Origin: a virus
Lineage: Duplodnaviria; Heunggongvirae; Uroviricota; Caudoviricetes
Length of the DNA: 25,290 bases
Direction: 5' to 3' (one strand)
Virus record (IMG/VR): IMGVR_UViG_3300035502_000737
The position numbers and the translations under genes are program-made. Each line of letters opens with the position of its first letter. Within the stretch, counting starts at the first letter, position 1. Shown in pieces: positions 15,789 to 23,954 of this stretch. Below the pieces are notes generated by a model that was not told the DNA's origin, searched no databases, and worked only from the letters and a program-made list of their open reading frames with translations.

Positions 15789-17267
15789 ACAGATGGATTC
15801 AACATGAAAATGCCGTCCGACGACAAATTTCGTTACACTGACGCCCATCCATACATCGGTCTGGGCTTGGGTCGCAACACGGTGAAGGGCAAGGAGTACA
15901 CGAAGGTTGAGGCTGATGTGGCGGAGTTCGAGGACATGTTCATGAATAGTGCGTACAATGGGGGAATAAATAAAATGGGATTAGGTATTGATGAGTACTG
16001 TCCAGCCACCATTAATTTCTCCCGTAAGAACTACGCTGACCGTCTTGAGAACGGCAAGACGAAGCTTGTGGGTAACACCATCAAGTCCCGTCGCATGTCC
16101 TCTTACATTGAGAAGTTTCTTGACAGTGGCGTGAATCTTCTCCTCAACGGTGACGGTCACTCGTTCCTTGAGAATTATTATGCGTACATTGACAAGATTT
16201 TCAATTATCAGATTCCTCTTCGTGACATTGCCTCCAAGGGCAAGATTAAGAAGAGTGTGGAGGATTACATCAAGGACTGTTCGACGTTGACGAAGAGTGG
16301 CAGCAAGAAATCCCGTCAAGCTTGGTATGAGCTTGTCATCAATGCCAAGATGAAGGTTGACCTCAACGATACCATTTATTATGTGAATGTGGGCAAGAAG
16401 AAGTCGGAGAGTGACGTGAAGCGTGTGACCCATGTGTTTGTGAGGGTTGACGGTGAGGAGATGGAGTTGAACAAGGATTCGAAGAAGCTGATATTCGAGA
16501 AGGAATACGGAAAGGGTTACAAGCTCAAGGACATTGGCAAGGAGAATGTGGACAAGACGTTGGAGAAGTACACGGTGAGGACGGAGGATGAGATTCTATT
16601 GAATTGCAAGATGGTTCCGAGTGAGATTGTGGATGCGGAGGAGGACATCATGTGTACGGATGAGATTGAGTACAATGTGGAGAAGTACATTGAGCAGTTC
16701 AACAACCGAATCAAGCCATTGTTGGTATGTTTCTCGCTTGACATTCGGGACAAGATTATGATTAAGGACCCGAATGAGAGGCCGTACTTCACGGAGGAGC
16801 AGTGTAGGCTGACGAGTGGTTTCCCGTACAAGGCGGAGGACCAAGACACGTATGAGCAGTTGATGACGCCAGAGAGGAAGGAGATGGATTTTTGGGACAG
16901 TGTGCATGAGGTTCCTCCCTTTGTGAAGGAGTGTGGGATTGATTGGGATAGGATGATGGAGGAATACCACGAGACCAAGAGGAAGGAGCAAGACGAGTTG
17001 TTCCAAGAGGAGAACGAGAAGTACTTGAAGGCGATTAACTCGCTTACCATGGAGGACATTGAAAAGTTCGAGGAGGAGGGAAAGTTGCCGAGCAAGATTT
17101 CCGACATCGTGAAGTTAGACTCTGACTTGAAGTTCAGATTCTTGAAGATTCCTTCCATGACTCCAAGCACGGGAGGCTACATTTTCTCTGACTTTATCAT
17201 CCCAGACTTGTCAGAGGAGAAGTATGAAATTATGGAAGAAGCTGCAACTGCTTCTTCTGCTATATGA
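15684..17267 (+). CDS. polB: Split-intein C fragment (aa 1-35) fused to the C-terminal half of the family B DNA polymerase (aa 36-527)
   Basis: After YVYDISLDG...NNFCN comes TDGF, which completes motif C (GD+TDG). RKNYA and KLVGNTIK follow, and the thumb-type YNVEKYIEQF lies further on. Confidence 0.93.
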   Translation: MPLKVENKGKIDDYVYDISLDGSVVNALGRNNFCNTDGFNMKMPSDDKFRYTDAHPYIGLGLGRNTVKGKEYTKVEADVAEFEDMFMNSAYNGGINKMGLGIDEYCPATINFSRKNYADRLENGKTKLVGNTIKSRRMSSYIEKFLDSGVNLLLNGDGHSFLENYYAYIDKIFNYQIPLRDIASKGKIKKSVEDYIKDCSTLTKSGSKKSRQAWYELVINAKMKVDLNDTIYYVNVGKKKSESDVKRVTHVFVRVDGEEMELNKDSKKLIFEKEYGKGYKLKDIGKENVDKTLEKYTVRTEDEILLNCKMVPSEIVDAEEDIMCTDEIEYNVEKYIEQFNNRIKPLLVCFSLDIRDKIMIKDPNERPYFTEEQCRLTSGFPYKAEDQDTYEQLMTPERKEMDFWDSVHEVPPFVKECGIDWDRMMEEYHETKRKEQDELFQEENEKYLKAINSLTMEDIEKFEEEGKLPSKISDIVKLDSDLKFRFLKIPSMTPSTGGYIFSDFIIPDLSEEKYEIMEEAATASSAI

Positions 17268-17301
17268 GACCATGTTTTCATTAGATAAATTTAATATAGT
17301 T

Positions 17302-17339
17302 AAGCCCACCTTCGTTGTGATAACGAGGATGGGCTTTTT
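17302..17339 (+). terminator. Rho-independent terminator after the polymerase C-half
   Basis: Imperfect stem AAGCCCACCTTCGTT/AACGAGGATGGGCTT plus a T-run, between convergent genes. Confidence 0.8.
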
Positions 17340-17344
17340 CATTG

Positions 17345-19135
17345 TTACTTTTTTATATAGTCTCTTGGAGAGAAGCTTTTTGATTTGTTATTCAATACGC
17401 TTTGTATGTTGGTGGAATATTTGCTTTTTTCTTCCTTACCAAGGTCTTCGATTAAGGTCAGCGTTCCGTCTTCGTTTTTCTTGTAGGTTTTGAGGGCTTC
17501 GTAGTCTATTTGGTATTTTTCACCTCGTACTCCCGTGCTGTCCTTACCAACGGAAACCTCATATTTGCTACTTTCTCGGAATCCGAAGCCGTAGTCGAAC
17601 TTCAAAGTGGACGCTTGCTTTACATATGGATATTCATTGGAGACTACGTACAATGTTTTCATTTCGTCGTCTCCTTGCAAGAATACAATATCAATTCCTA
17701 CCTTATCGTAGCCTCTCAAACTCTTTGACAGCAGTTCGCCATCCTTTGTGTATAGGTCAATGTCCGTGGTTGAATTGTAGCAGAAGTAGGCGAACTTTCC
17801 GCAATTGTCAATTGACATGAATAGTTTGTCGCCGAAGAATCTGTTCTGCTTCAATGAGTAGAGGCCGAATGTTTTTCCGTTGAAAACAATCACGTTGAGA
17901 TTATAAAAGAATCTCACTTCCTTGTACCAATCCTTGAACACGTAGGTTCCGTCATTTCTTAGGATGTTTTTCTTATCTCCCTTTTGGACGATGAATCCGT
18001 AGTTTTTCTTCCAATCGCATACCTTGTCGAAAACTTCATTGATAAAAAGTTTTTGGGTACTCCAATCCATGATGACGTATTTGTCAATGTTCAAGTCGTC
18101 ATAGAGGTTTCCGTATCTTGATGAAATTGCCACATAGTGGATGTCAACGGCTCCCTCCTCATCGTCGTAATAATTGCCTTTCCCTCCATTCAATTGGGTG
18201 TAGAAGGCTTCCAAGTTTCTATCTCTTAAAAAGTTTTCGTCATCAAAAAGGGTATCCTTTGTGTCTTCGAATATTTCATCCGAGAGTTTGGCTTCCTTTG
18301 ACTTCACTTCCTCTTGCGTGTAAGGTGGCATCACCTCATAGACATTCTTTCCGATGACCTTTGAAAGTTCTATGGGTGACATGATGGCGTCATTTCCCTT
18401 GTTGTCGTGGTTCCATCTGCAAGTTACCGTGTTGACGGCTCCGTCGGGTTCGATGGATACCGCAATCATGGATAGTCCGTATTCATCCAAAGGGCATCCG
18501 TTGCCTTTAGTTTTCGGAACGTCTTCGAATCCGTCCTTCAAACAGAAATAGAACCTTCCAAGTCCACCGTGCGTATAGTTGTTGTACATGTCGGAATCGT
18601 AAGTGACGCACCAAGTGGTGTAGTCGGAATATTCGCTTGCATCTTCATACGAGTCGATGTTTACAATCTTGTACGCATTGGTGTCTTGTATGTTTGCTTG
18701 TTGCACTTCAGCCTTTTGTATATCAAGGTCTTGTCTTGCCATGGACGAGAATTTCTTGACCAATTCATCGCAGTGCATTCCATTGAGGTTTTGGTCATAT
18801 TCATTGACGTGGGCATTGCTAGCGACGAGTCTCAGCGTTCTGTTCAAATCCATCATCGCATCTCCGTCAGTTAGTTCCTTGTCAAGGTACATTCTTGTCA
18901 CGCCGAGCAAGAACTTGCACTTTGCGCTACGTACGTTCGGAATGCTTGTCTTTACCGCTCCGATGAGTTCCATGGCTTTCTTTTCATTGTACCCCAACCT
19001 ATCGTACAAGTAGTGCTTGGCAGCTGTCATGTTCCTTGTCTCCGTTCCCTCTGTGAGCACGTTCCTTCTTAAGAATGACTCTATGGATTCTGCCACGATT
19101 CTTTTTAATGCGTTATTCTTCATCATACAAGTCAT
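17345..19135 (-). CDS. 596-aa phage protein with a TxWC-motif domain and C-terminal beta-repeat region
   Basis: Leader LKRIVAESI...VLTEG; central ASEYSDYTTWCVT...MYNNY...FYF; C-terminal units such as KKNILRNDGTYVFKDWY resemble WG-type repeats. ATGA overlap with the upstream gene. Confidence 0.7.
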   Translation of the reverse strand: MTCMMKNNALKRIVAESIESFLRRNVLTEGTETRNMTAAKHYLYDRLGYNEKKAMELIGAVKTSIPNVRSAKCKFLLGVTRMYLDKELTDGDAMMDLNRTLRLVASNAHVNEYDQNLNGMHCDELVKKFSSMARQDLDIQKAEVQQANIQDTNAYKIVNIDSYEDASEYSDYTTWCVTYDSDMYNNYTHGGLGRFYFCLKDGFEDVPKTKGNGCPLDEYGLSMIAVSIEPDGAVNTVTCRWNHDNKGNDAIMSPIELSKVIGKNVYEVMPPYTQEEVKSKEAKLSDEIFEDTKDTLFDDENFLRDRNLEAFYTQLNGGKGNYYDDEEGAVDIHYVAISSRYGNLYDDLNIDKYVIMDWSTQKLFINEVFDKVCDWKKNYGFIVQKGDKKNILRNDGTYVFKDWYKEVRFFYNLNVIVFNGKTFGLYSLKQNRFFGDKLFMSIDNCGKFAYFCYNSTTDIDLYTKDGELLSKSLRGYDKVGIDIVFLQGDDEMKTLYVVSNEYPYVKQASTLKFDYGFGFRESSKYEVSVGKDSTGVRGEKYQIDYEALKTYKKNEDGTLTLIEDLGKEEKSKYSTNIQSVLNNKSKSFSPRDYIKK

Positions 19136-19512
19136 TGGATTGTAATTAGCAATTTTTCCCTTATGGGCATTTTAAGGTCTCCGCTCGGATAGGTGGTTGA
19201 TTCGCTTTTCAAGTTTCCGTTGAAATGGATGTTGAATGTCCCTTCGTACACGCCTTGTTCCTTGGTGTCCCTTTTCTTCCAATCGTAGCAGATGACATAT
19301 TCGATGACGCATCCATCCCCTTCCTTTTTCTTGATATAGCAAGGGGCGTTGGCAATCTTCGTGACATTGGTGTCCACGTTTGTCATGGTGAATGTAATCT
19401 CGCTGTCTTGGATTGCGTCAAAGAACTTGTTGAAATCCGACCTCCCGTCGTAGATGAGTTCCATCCTCAAGGTGGGAAGCACGGAATCCTTGTTTATGAT
19501 GAAGTTTTGCAT
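19132..19512 (-). CDS. BppU N-terminal-like (baseplate/fibre adaptor) Ig-like protein
   Basis: Pattern F.INKDSVLPTL...ITFTM...YDW...DT...GVYEGTF.I.F...TYP resembles stand-alone BppU_N domains. Confidence 0.6.
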   Translation of the reverse strand: MQNFIINKDSVLPTLRMELIYDGRSDFNKFFDAIQDSEITFTMTNVDTNVTKIANAPCYIKKKEGDGCVIEYVICYDWKKRDTKEQGVYEGTFNIHFNGNLKSESTTYPSGDLKMPIREKLLITIQ

Positions 19513-19544
19513 GCGTTTAAACTCTTGATACTAACTCTTTTGCT

Positions 19545-19551
19545 ATAAATA
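19545..19551 (-). promoter_or_regulatory. TATTTAT motif, putative late-promoter element
   Basis: Reads AATATTTATA on the minus strand, with the core 32 nt upstream of the start at 19512. Confidence 0.55.
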
Positions 19552-19553
19552 TT

Positions 19554-19946
19554 TCATTCAACGCTTTCAAAACCGTATTTATCCGCCATTGCGTCAAAAA
19601 TCTCATTATAAGGGGTCCCGAACTTGAAGACAAGCCGTCCTTCCTTGGGATATTCCTCCAAGAAGTCGATATTTTGGAAGGCGAGAGCGGTGCATCCGTC
19701 CACGCAGTTCTGCATGTTCATGCACAAGTTTTCTTGGATGCAAGTGAGAAGGATGTCGGTCTTGATGGTTTTCCTCAACTTGAAGTTCTTGGGCGGTTTC
19801 ATGTTGCAAAGTGCGCATGCGGTCTGCATGTCATCCTTATACCCGTCTTTCAGTCTGTCGGAGAAGTAAAGGTTATATTCGATGAGTTCCTCGGCGTCTG
19901 TCCCAAGTTTGTCAATGTATATCAGATAAAGTTCTTCCTCTTCCAT
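19554..19946 (-). CDS. Hypothetical Cys-rich acidic protein, paralog of the adjacent ORF
   Basis: Aligns by eye with 19968-20345 (FS, KT(D/N)I, IQE, MQ(N/D)C.D.C..(L/V)AF, (F/Y)G). Confidence 0.8.
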   Translation of the reverse strand: MEEEELYLIYIDKLGTDAEELIEYNLYFSDRLKDGYKDDMQTACALCNMKPPKNFKLRKTIKTDILLTCIQENLCMNMQNCVDGCTALAFQNIDFLEEYPKEGRLVFKFGTPYNEIFDAMADKYGFESVE

Positions 19947-19967
19947 GTCTCTTTTTATCCATTATGA

Positions 19968-20345
19968 TTATAATTCAAGGGAAAGTCCCAATTCTTGCAG
20001 TTTTCTTACTACTTCGTCCAATGTTTCTCCATAGTCGAATTTCACGATGAACTTGTTGTAGTCAGTATATGCGAAAGCCACCGACACGCACAAGTCAAAG
20101 CAATCTTGCATGGAGAAGCAGCAAGATTCTTGGATAAGTGAGAAATCGATGTTCGTCTTCAACGTGCGTATCGAGGAGATGCATTTGTCGTAAGGGATGA
20201 GATGGTTGACCATTCCGCAAGGTTTCACGTCAAAGTCATCCCCCCACACGTCGTCAATTTCCGTGGAGAACATGAACTCGTACTTGTAGTTGCCATCCTC
20301 CTCTTGTCCCACTCTGTTGATAAAGCAAAGTCTTTCTTCTTCCAT
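19968..20345 (-). CDS. Hypothetical Cys-rich acidic protein, paralog of the adjacent ORF
   Basis: 125 aa, starting 6 nt after the helicase stop, with the shared motifs listed for 19554-19946. Confidence 0.8.
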   Translation of the reverse strand: MEEERLCFINRVGQEEDGNYKYEFMFSTEIDDVWGDDFDVKPCGMVNHLIPYDKCISSIRTLKTNIDFSLIQESCCFSMQDCFDLCVSVAFAYTDYNKFIVKFDYGETLDEVVRKLQELGLSLEL

Positions 20346-20351
20346 GCGTTT

Positions 20352-22307
20352 TTATTTGTTCTTTTCGTCCACGATGACGGAATCGATGATTGCGTTCTTG
20401 ATTTCAAGGATTTCAAAGATTCTGTCCATGTAGGTGTTGTTGAATTTTTGGTAATATATCTTGCAGTCCTTCGTCTGACCGATTCTCAAGATTCTGTATT
20501 CCGCTTGTTGGTTGTCAGAAGGCAAGAATGAAACGGAGTTAAAGACAATTCTGCTCGCCACGGTAAGGTTAAGCCCCACGGATGCGGACTGTATGTTGCC
20601 TATGAACACCATGACATTCGGGTCATTGGTGAATGTGTCAAGCGCCTTGTCCTTTCTCTTGGACGTAATCTTACCGTTGTGGAATACACACTTATCTCCG
20701 TAGTAGTCTCTCAGCGAATACAGTTCCTCATCGAAGCTACAGAAGATGATTACCTTGTTTCCCTCCTCGATTTCCTTGTTTACAAGCTCGATTGTTCTTG
20801 GGACCATCAACTTGGAGGTTTCTTGCCTCAACACGGAACCTTCTATGAGTTGCTTGTTGTCAACGAGCTTCTTCACATCCTCTGTCTCATGCTCGGACAC
20901 ATACTTGTCCCACAATTCGTCGTACAATTTCCTCTCCTCTTGGCTCAAGTCGTAGTCAATGACCACAGTTTCTTTGGAAAAATGCTCGTAAATCTCCTCA
21001 TTGAGGTCACGGAGGTACAGATGCTTGATTCTTTCCCTCAGTTCATCGAGGTTTGAAGAGCCGCTTGTAATCCAAATCTTCTTGCAGTTCTTGTCAAGGT
21101 AAGCATCAAGCTCTTTTTTCTCATCGTATGTCAAGTCATACCAAGAATTCTTTCCTTTTCTCTTGATAAAACCGTATGAAAGCTTGTCTCGTTCAGATTT
21201 TACGTATATTTGCTTTCCGTCGCAGTAATTCTTTACATACGATTGCCAATCCTTTGTGATGGGAGCGTCGATGAGCTTGAGAATGTGATACAGATTCATC
21301 GGGTTGTTGGTAATCATGGTTCCCGTCAGCTCGTAAACCCCTCTCGGACGGCTTCTGTCAAGCAAATCGGAGATGATTTTGTACCTTCCGCTCTTATTAT
21401 TGCTCAATCTGTGTGCCTCGTCAATGATGATAAGGTCGAACTTGGATTGGTAGAGCTGTGAATTCATCATTGCTTCGGAAATCACCACATTTTTCTTAGA
21501 GACAACCTCCTTTTCCACGTATCTGTATCTGATTTTCCCGTAATCGTCCACGTACTTCTCCCTCCTTTTCACGACTTCTGTGGGAATTTCATAGAAATTG
21601 TCAAGAATGTCGTAATTTATGATGGTGAATCTCGATTCCTTCCATTTGGAACCCTCCACGATGGTAATGTCATCCTTGTCGACGAATCTGTTCACCTCCT
21701 TGAACCAATTTGTCTTCACGGAGGCTGGGCAAATGACCAATATCTTCTCGAATCCGTCCTCCAATGCCGCAACAATGGCCGTCGCTGTCTTTCCTCCTCC
21801 CATTTGGTGGGCAAGGATGGCCTTTTTTCTCGTCACAAGGAACTTCACGCCCATTTCTTGCTGAGGTTTCAGCGTGAAACCCTCCTTGTTGTACTTGGAG
21901 AAGTCAACTTCCCTCTTTTGGAAGTCCTCAAGGAACAGAGGGTTCAGAATGGCGCTTTTCGGGATGAAAAGGAGAACAAGCTTCTCTTGCGACTGTCTGT
22001 ACCTTACATACATGTGGTAGCAATTCTCGGTTTCGCCCAAGTAATAGCCAATTTTCACCTTTTTCGGCGTGAATTCAAGCTTGAACTTCTCTCGCATCAA
22101 CTCTCCGTACCAACTCGCGACGGATACAACCTTCCCAAGGAATTGGGGAACCAACGAATGGTTACGGATGACGTAATCCACTTGCATGTCGGTCAATGTA
22201 TTCGTCTTTTTTACAAATACAGCCTCTTTCAGCCACAAAAGGTAAGTATTAAAACCGCTATAATTCTTAAGCAGCGCTGACGCCTTGTTTAAATCTCCAA
22301 TAGTCAT
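20352..22307 (-). CDS. SNF2-family (SF2) helicase/ATPase
   Basis: Motif I HQMGGGKT, Ia VICPASVKTNW, II IIDEAH, III LTGT, V SASVGLNLT, VI QAEYRILRIGQ. Confidence 0.92.
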   Translation of the reverse strand: MTIGDLNKASALLKNYSGFNTYLLWLKEAVFVKKTNTLTDMQVDYVIRNHSLVPQFLGKVVSVASWYGELMREKFKLEFTPKKVKIGYYLGETENCYHMYVRYRQSQEKLVLLFIPKSAILNPLFLEDFQKREVDFSKYNKEGFTLKPQQEMGVKFLVTRKKAILAHQMGGGKTATAIVAALEDGFEKILVICPASVKTNWFKEVNRFVDKDDITIVEGSKWKESRFTIINYDILDNFYEIPTEVVKRREKYVDDYGKIRYRYVEKEVVSKKNVVISEAMMNSQLYQSKFDLIIIDEAHRLSNNKSGRYKIISDLLDRSRPRGVYELTGTMITNNPMNLYHILKLIDAPITKDWQSYVKNYCDGKQIYVKSERDKLSYGFIKRKGKNSWYDLTYDEKKELDAYLDKNCKKIWITSGSSNLDELRERIKHLYLRDLNEEIYEHFSKETVVIDYDLSQEERKLYDELWDKYVSEHETEDVKKLVDNKQLIEGSVLRQETSKLMVPRTIELVNKEIEEGNKVIIFCSFDEELYSLRDYYGDKCVFHNGKITSKRKDKALDTFTNDPNVMVFIGNIQSASVGLNLTVASRIVFNSVSFLPSDNQQAEYRILRIGQTKDCKIYYQKFNNTYMDRIFEILEIKNAIIDSVIVDEKNK

Positions 22308-22336
22308 CTTAAATCAAATTTACATAGTATTACTTT

Positions 22337-22368
22337 GCAAATATATACAAAATTATTGGAAAAACAAC
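22337..22368 (-). promoter_or_regulatory. Bacteroidota-type promoter for the helicase operon
   Basis: The minus strand reads GTTG-N19-TATATTTGC about 30 nt upstream of the helicase ATG. Confidence 0.7.
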
Positions 22369-22375
22369 TATTTAT
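22369..22375 (+). promoter_or_regulatory. TATTTAT motif, putative late-promoter element
   Basis: CTATTTATA, with the core 34 nt before the ATG at 22410, back-to-back with the helicase promoter. Confidence 0.55.
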
Positions 22376-22409
22376 AGTTATAAATTTGCTTGGAAGTTAA
22401 CATTTAGCC

Positions 22410-23378
22410 ATGAAAATCAAAATTAGCGAGAGTCAAGAACACATCATACGCTCACTGCTTCACGAAGCCATGAGTGAGGAATTCTCTTACCAAGAGTTGA
22501 AGAATATCACTTCGTTACGTGGAAGATTGGATTATTGTAAGAGATATTTAGGCGCCCCGATTGGCAGAGGAGATGGACGTATTGTATTTCAAATTGATGA
22601 CGAGAAAGTGTTGAAACTTGCGTTAAATAGATTCGGATTGGCGCAGAATGAACACGAATGCAATTGGGGATTGCAAAGATGGGACGTAACACCAACACTA
22701 TACAAAGAGACAGACGGGAAAGATTATTGGTGGCTTGTGTCGGAATATGTACTTCCAGCCACGGAAGAGGATTTTCAAGAATGTTTCGGATTTGATTTCA
22801 AGACTTTCGTTAAATTCATCTACTCGTCAGCTTCAGGTAATCAATACAAAGATGTTTCCAAAAGATGGAAAGAATATGGACTTACGCTAAGCGATGAAGA
22901 ATATCAGAATATACTTGAAAACAATGAGAATGCCCAGTTATTCGATGAATTCGTTCGTGACTACAATCCATATTTGCGCGATATACTTTCTATAAGGCAA
23001 TATGGCATTACGAACAGAAGCGGAGAACCTCAAATTGTTTTGCTTGATTATGGCTTGGATGAGAAGATATCTAAGAAATTCTGTCATTTCGAGCAAGTAA
23101 ACCATGAAAAACAACTTACGGAAAGCATCCGAATCCATAAAGGCGAAAAGGGGAAAACGATGAGCACGCAAGGACGATGGAAAGACTCAGTAGACTGTCC
23201 TCATTGCAAAGAATCAAAGGCGTTTTTCACCATGTCAATTAGTGACGGCAACAAAGGAAGAGGGAGAATCAAGATAACGGACGAGGATGGCAATGAGAAG
23301 GATACGGAAGTGCAGACAATAGCTTTGTACTACTGTCCCAAGTGTATGAAATTCTCAGCACTGAATAACATGGCATAA
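22410..23378 (+). CDS. Protein kinase-like fold protein with a C-terminal zinc ribbon
   Basis: Gly loop IGRGDGRIVF, VLKLA lysine, QNEHE helix-C Glu, WLVSEYV hinge, RDILSIRQYG loop, and VLLDYGL (DFG-like). CPHC and CPKC lie at the C-terminus. Confidence 0.7.
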   Translation: MKIKISESQEHIIRSLLHEAMSEEFSYQELKNITSLRGRLDYCKRYLGAPIGRGDGRIVFQIDDEKVLKLALNRFGLAQNEHECNWGLQRWDVTPTLYKETDGKDYWWLVSEYVLPATEEDFQECFGFDFKTFVKFIYSSASGNQYKDVSKRWKEYGLTLSDEEYQNILENNENAQLFDEFVRDYNPYLRDILSIRQYGITNRSGEPQIVLLDYGLDEKISKKFCHFEQVNHEKQLTESIRIHKGEKGKTMSTQGRWKDSVDCPHCKESKAFFTMSISDGNKGRGRIKITDEDGNEKDTEVQTIALYYCPKCMKFSALNNMA

Positions 23379-23391
23379 GGAAGGTATTGAG

Positions 23392-23934
23392 ATGGCTAAT
23401 TTGGAATTCAACACAAACAAGATACGCAAGGTTCCCATCAATAGGAACAACCTTTTCTACTCCGAGAAGGATTTCCAATACGAGACGGAGATTGGAAGGA
23501 ACTACTTGGAGCAAGACGTCAACCAAACGGTCATTTTGTACGAGGTTGACCTTGAGAAGACGAACCTTGACGACATTTACCATGAATCGAAGTCTGACAG
23601 CGTTGTGTTCAAGACTCCGATTGAACTTCATGTGATTTATACCGTGGAAAAGGGCGAGCTAGCATCCTACGAGAAGTCCAAAAACCTCGGAACGTATGTG
23701 AAGAGCGGAAAGCTTACCTTCGGCGTCTATCAGTTTACGTTGGACGAGCTTGGGGCCGACATCAAGATTGGGGATTACATCGGGGTGCAAGTGACTCCCA
23801 CACACATGGAGTTCTATACGGTCGTGAATGACGGAAGGAACAACTTTGACAACGCGCATACCACATTCGGGTACAAGCCGTCTTACAGAAGTATCGAATG
23901 CGCCTATGTGAATCCTAATGAATTCAACGGATAA
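23392..23934 (+). CDS. Putative neck/head-closure protein (T4 gp14-like)
   Basis: DDIYHES....F..PIEL and IKIGDYI patterns, its size, and its position near a gp15-like gene. Motif-level resemblance only. Confidence 0.5.
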   Translation: MANLEFNTNKIRKVPINRNNLFYSEKDFQYETEIGRNYLEQDVNQTVILYEVDLEKTNLDDIYHESKSDSVVFKTPIELHVIYTVEKGELASYEKSKNLGTYVKSGKLTFGVYQFTLDELGADIKIGDYIGVQVTPTHMEFYTVVNDGRNNFDNAHTTFGYKPSYRSIECAYVNPNEFNG

Positions 23935-23954
23935 AAGAAAGGGAAAGGAAAAAC

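Noticed and set aside
16517-17170. Long antisense ORFs over the polymerase and fibre genes (also 2973-3626, 13372-13947, 9563-10060)
   Set aside because: They overlap well-supported genes, show no recognisable motifs, and are explained by codon bias on the coding strand.
19544-19551. T4 late promoter TATAAATA on the + strand
   Set aside because: It would point antisense into minus-strand genes. The consistent gene-facing orientation in this window is TATTTAT.
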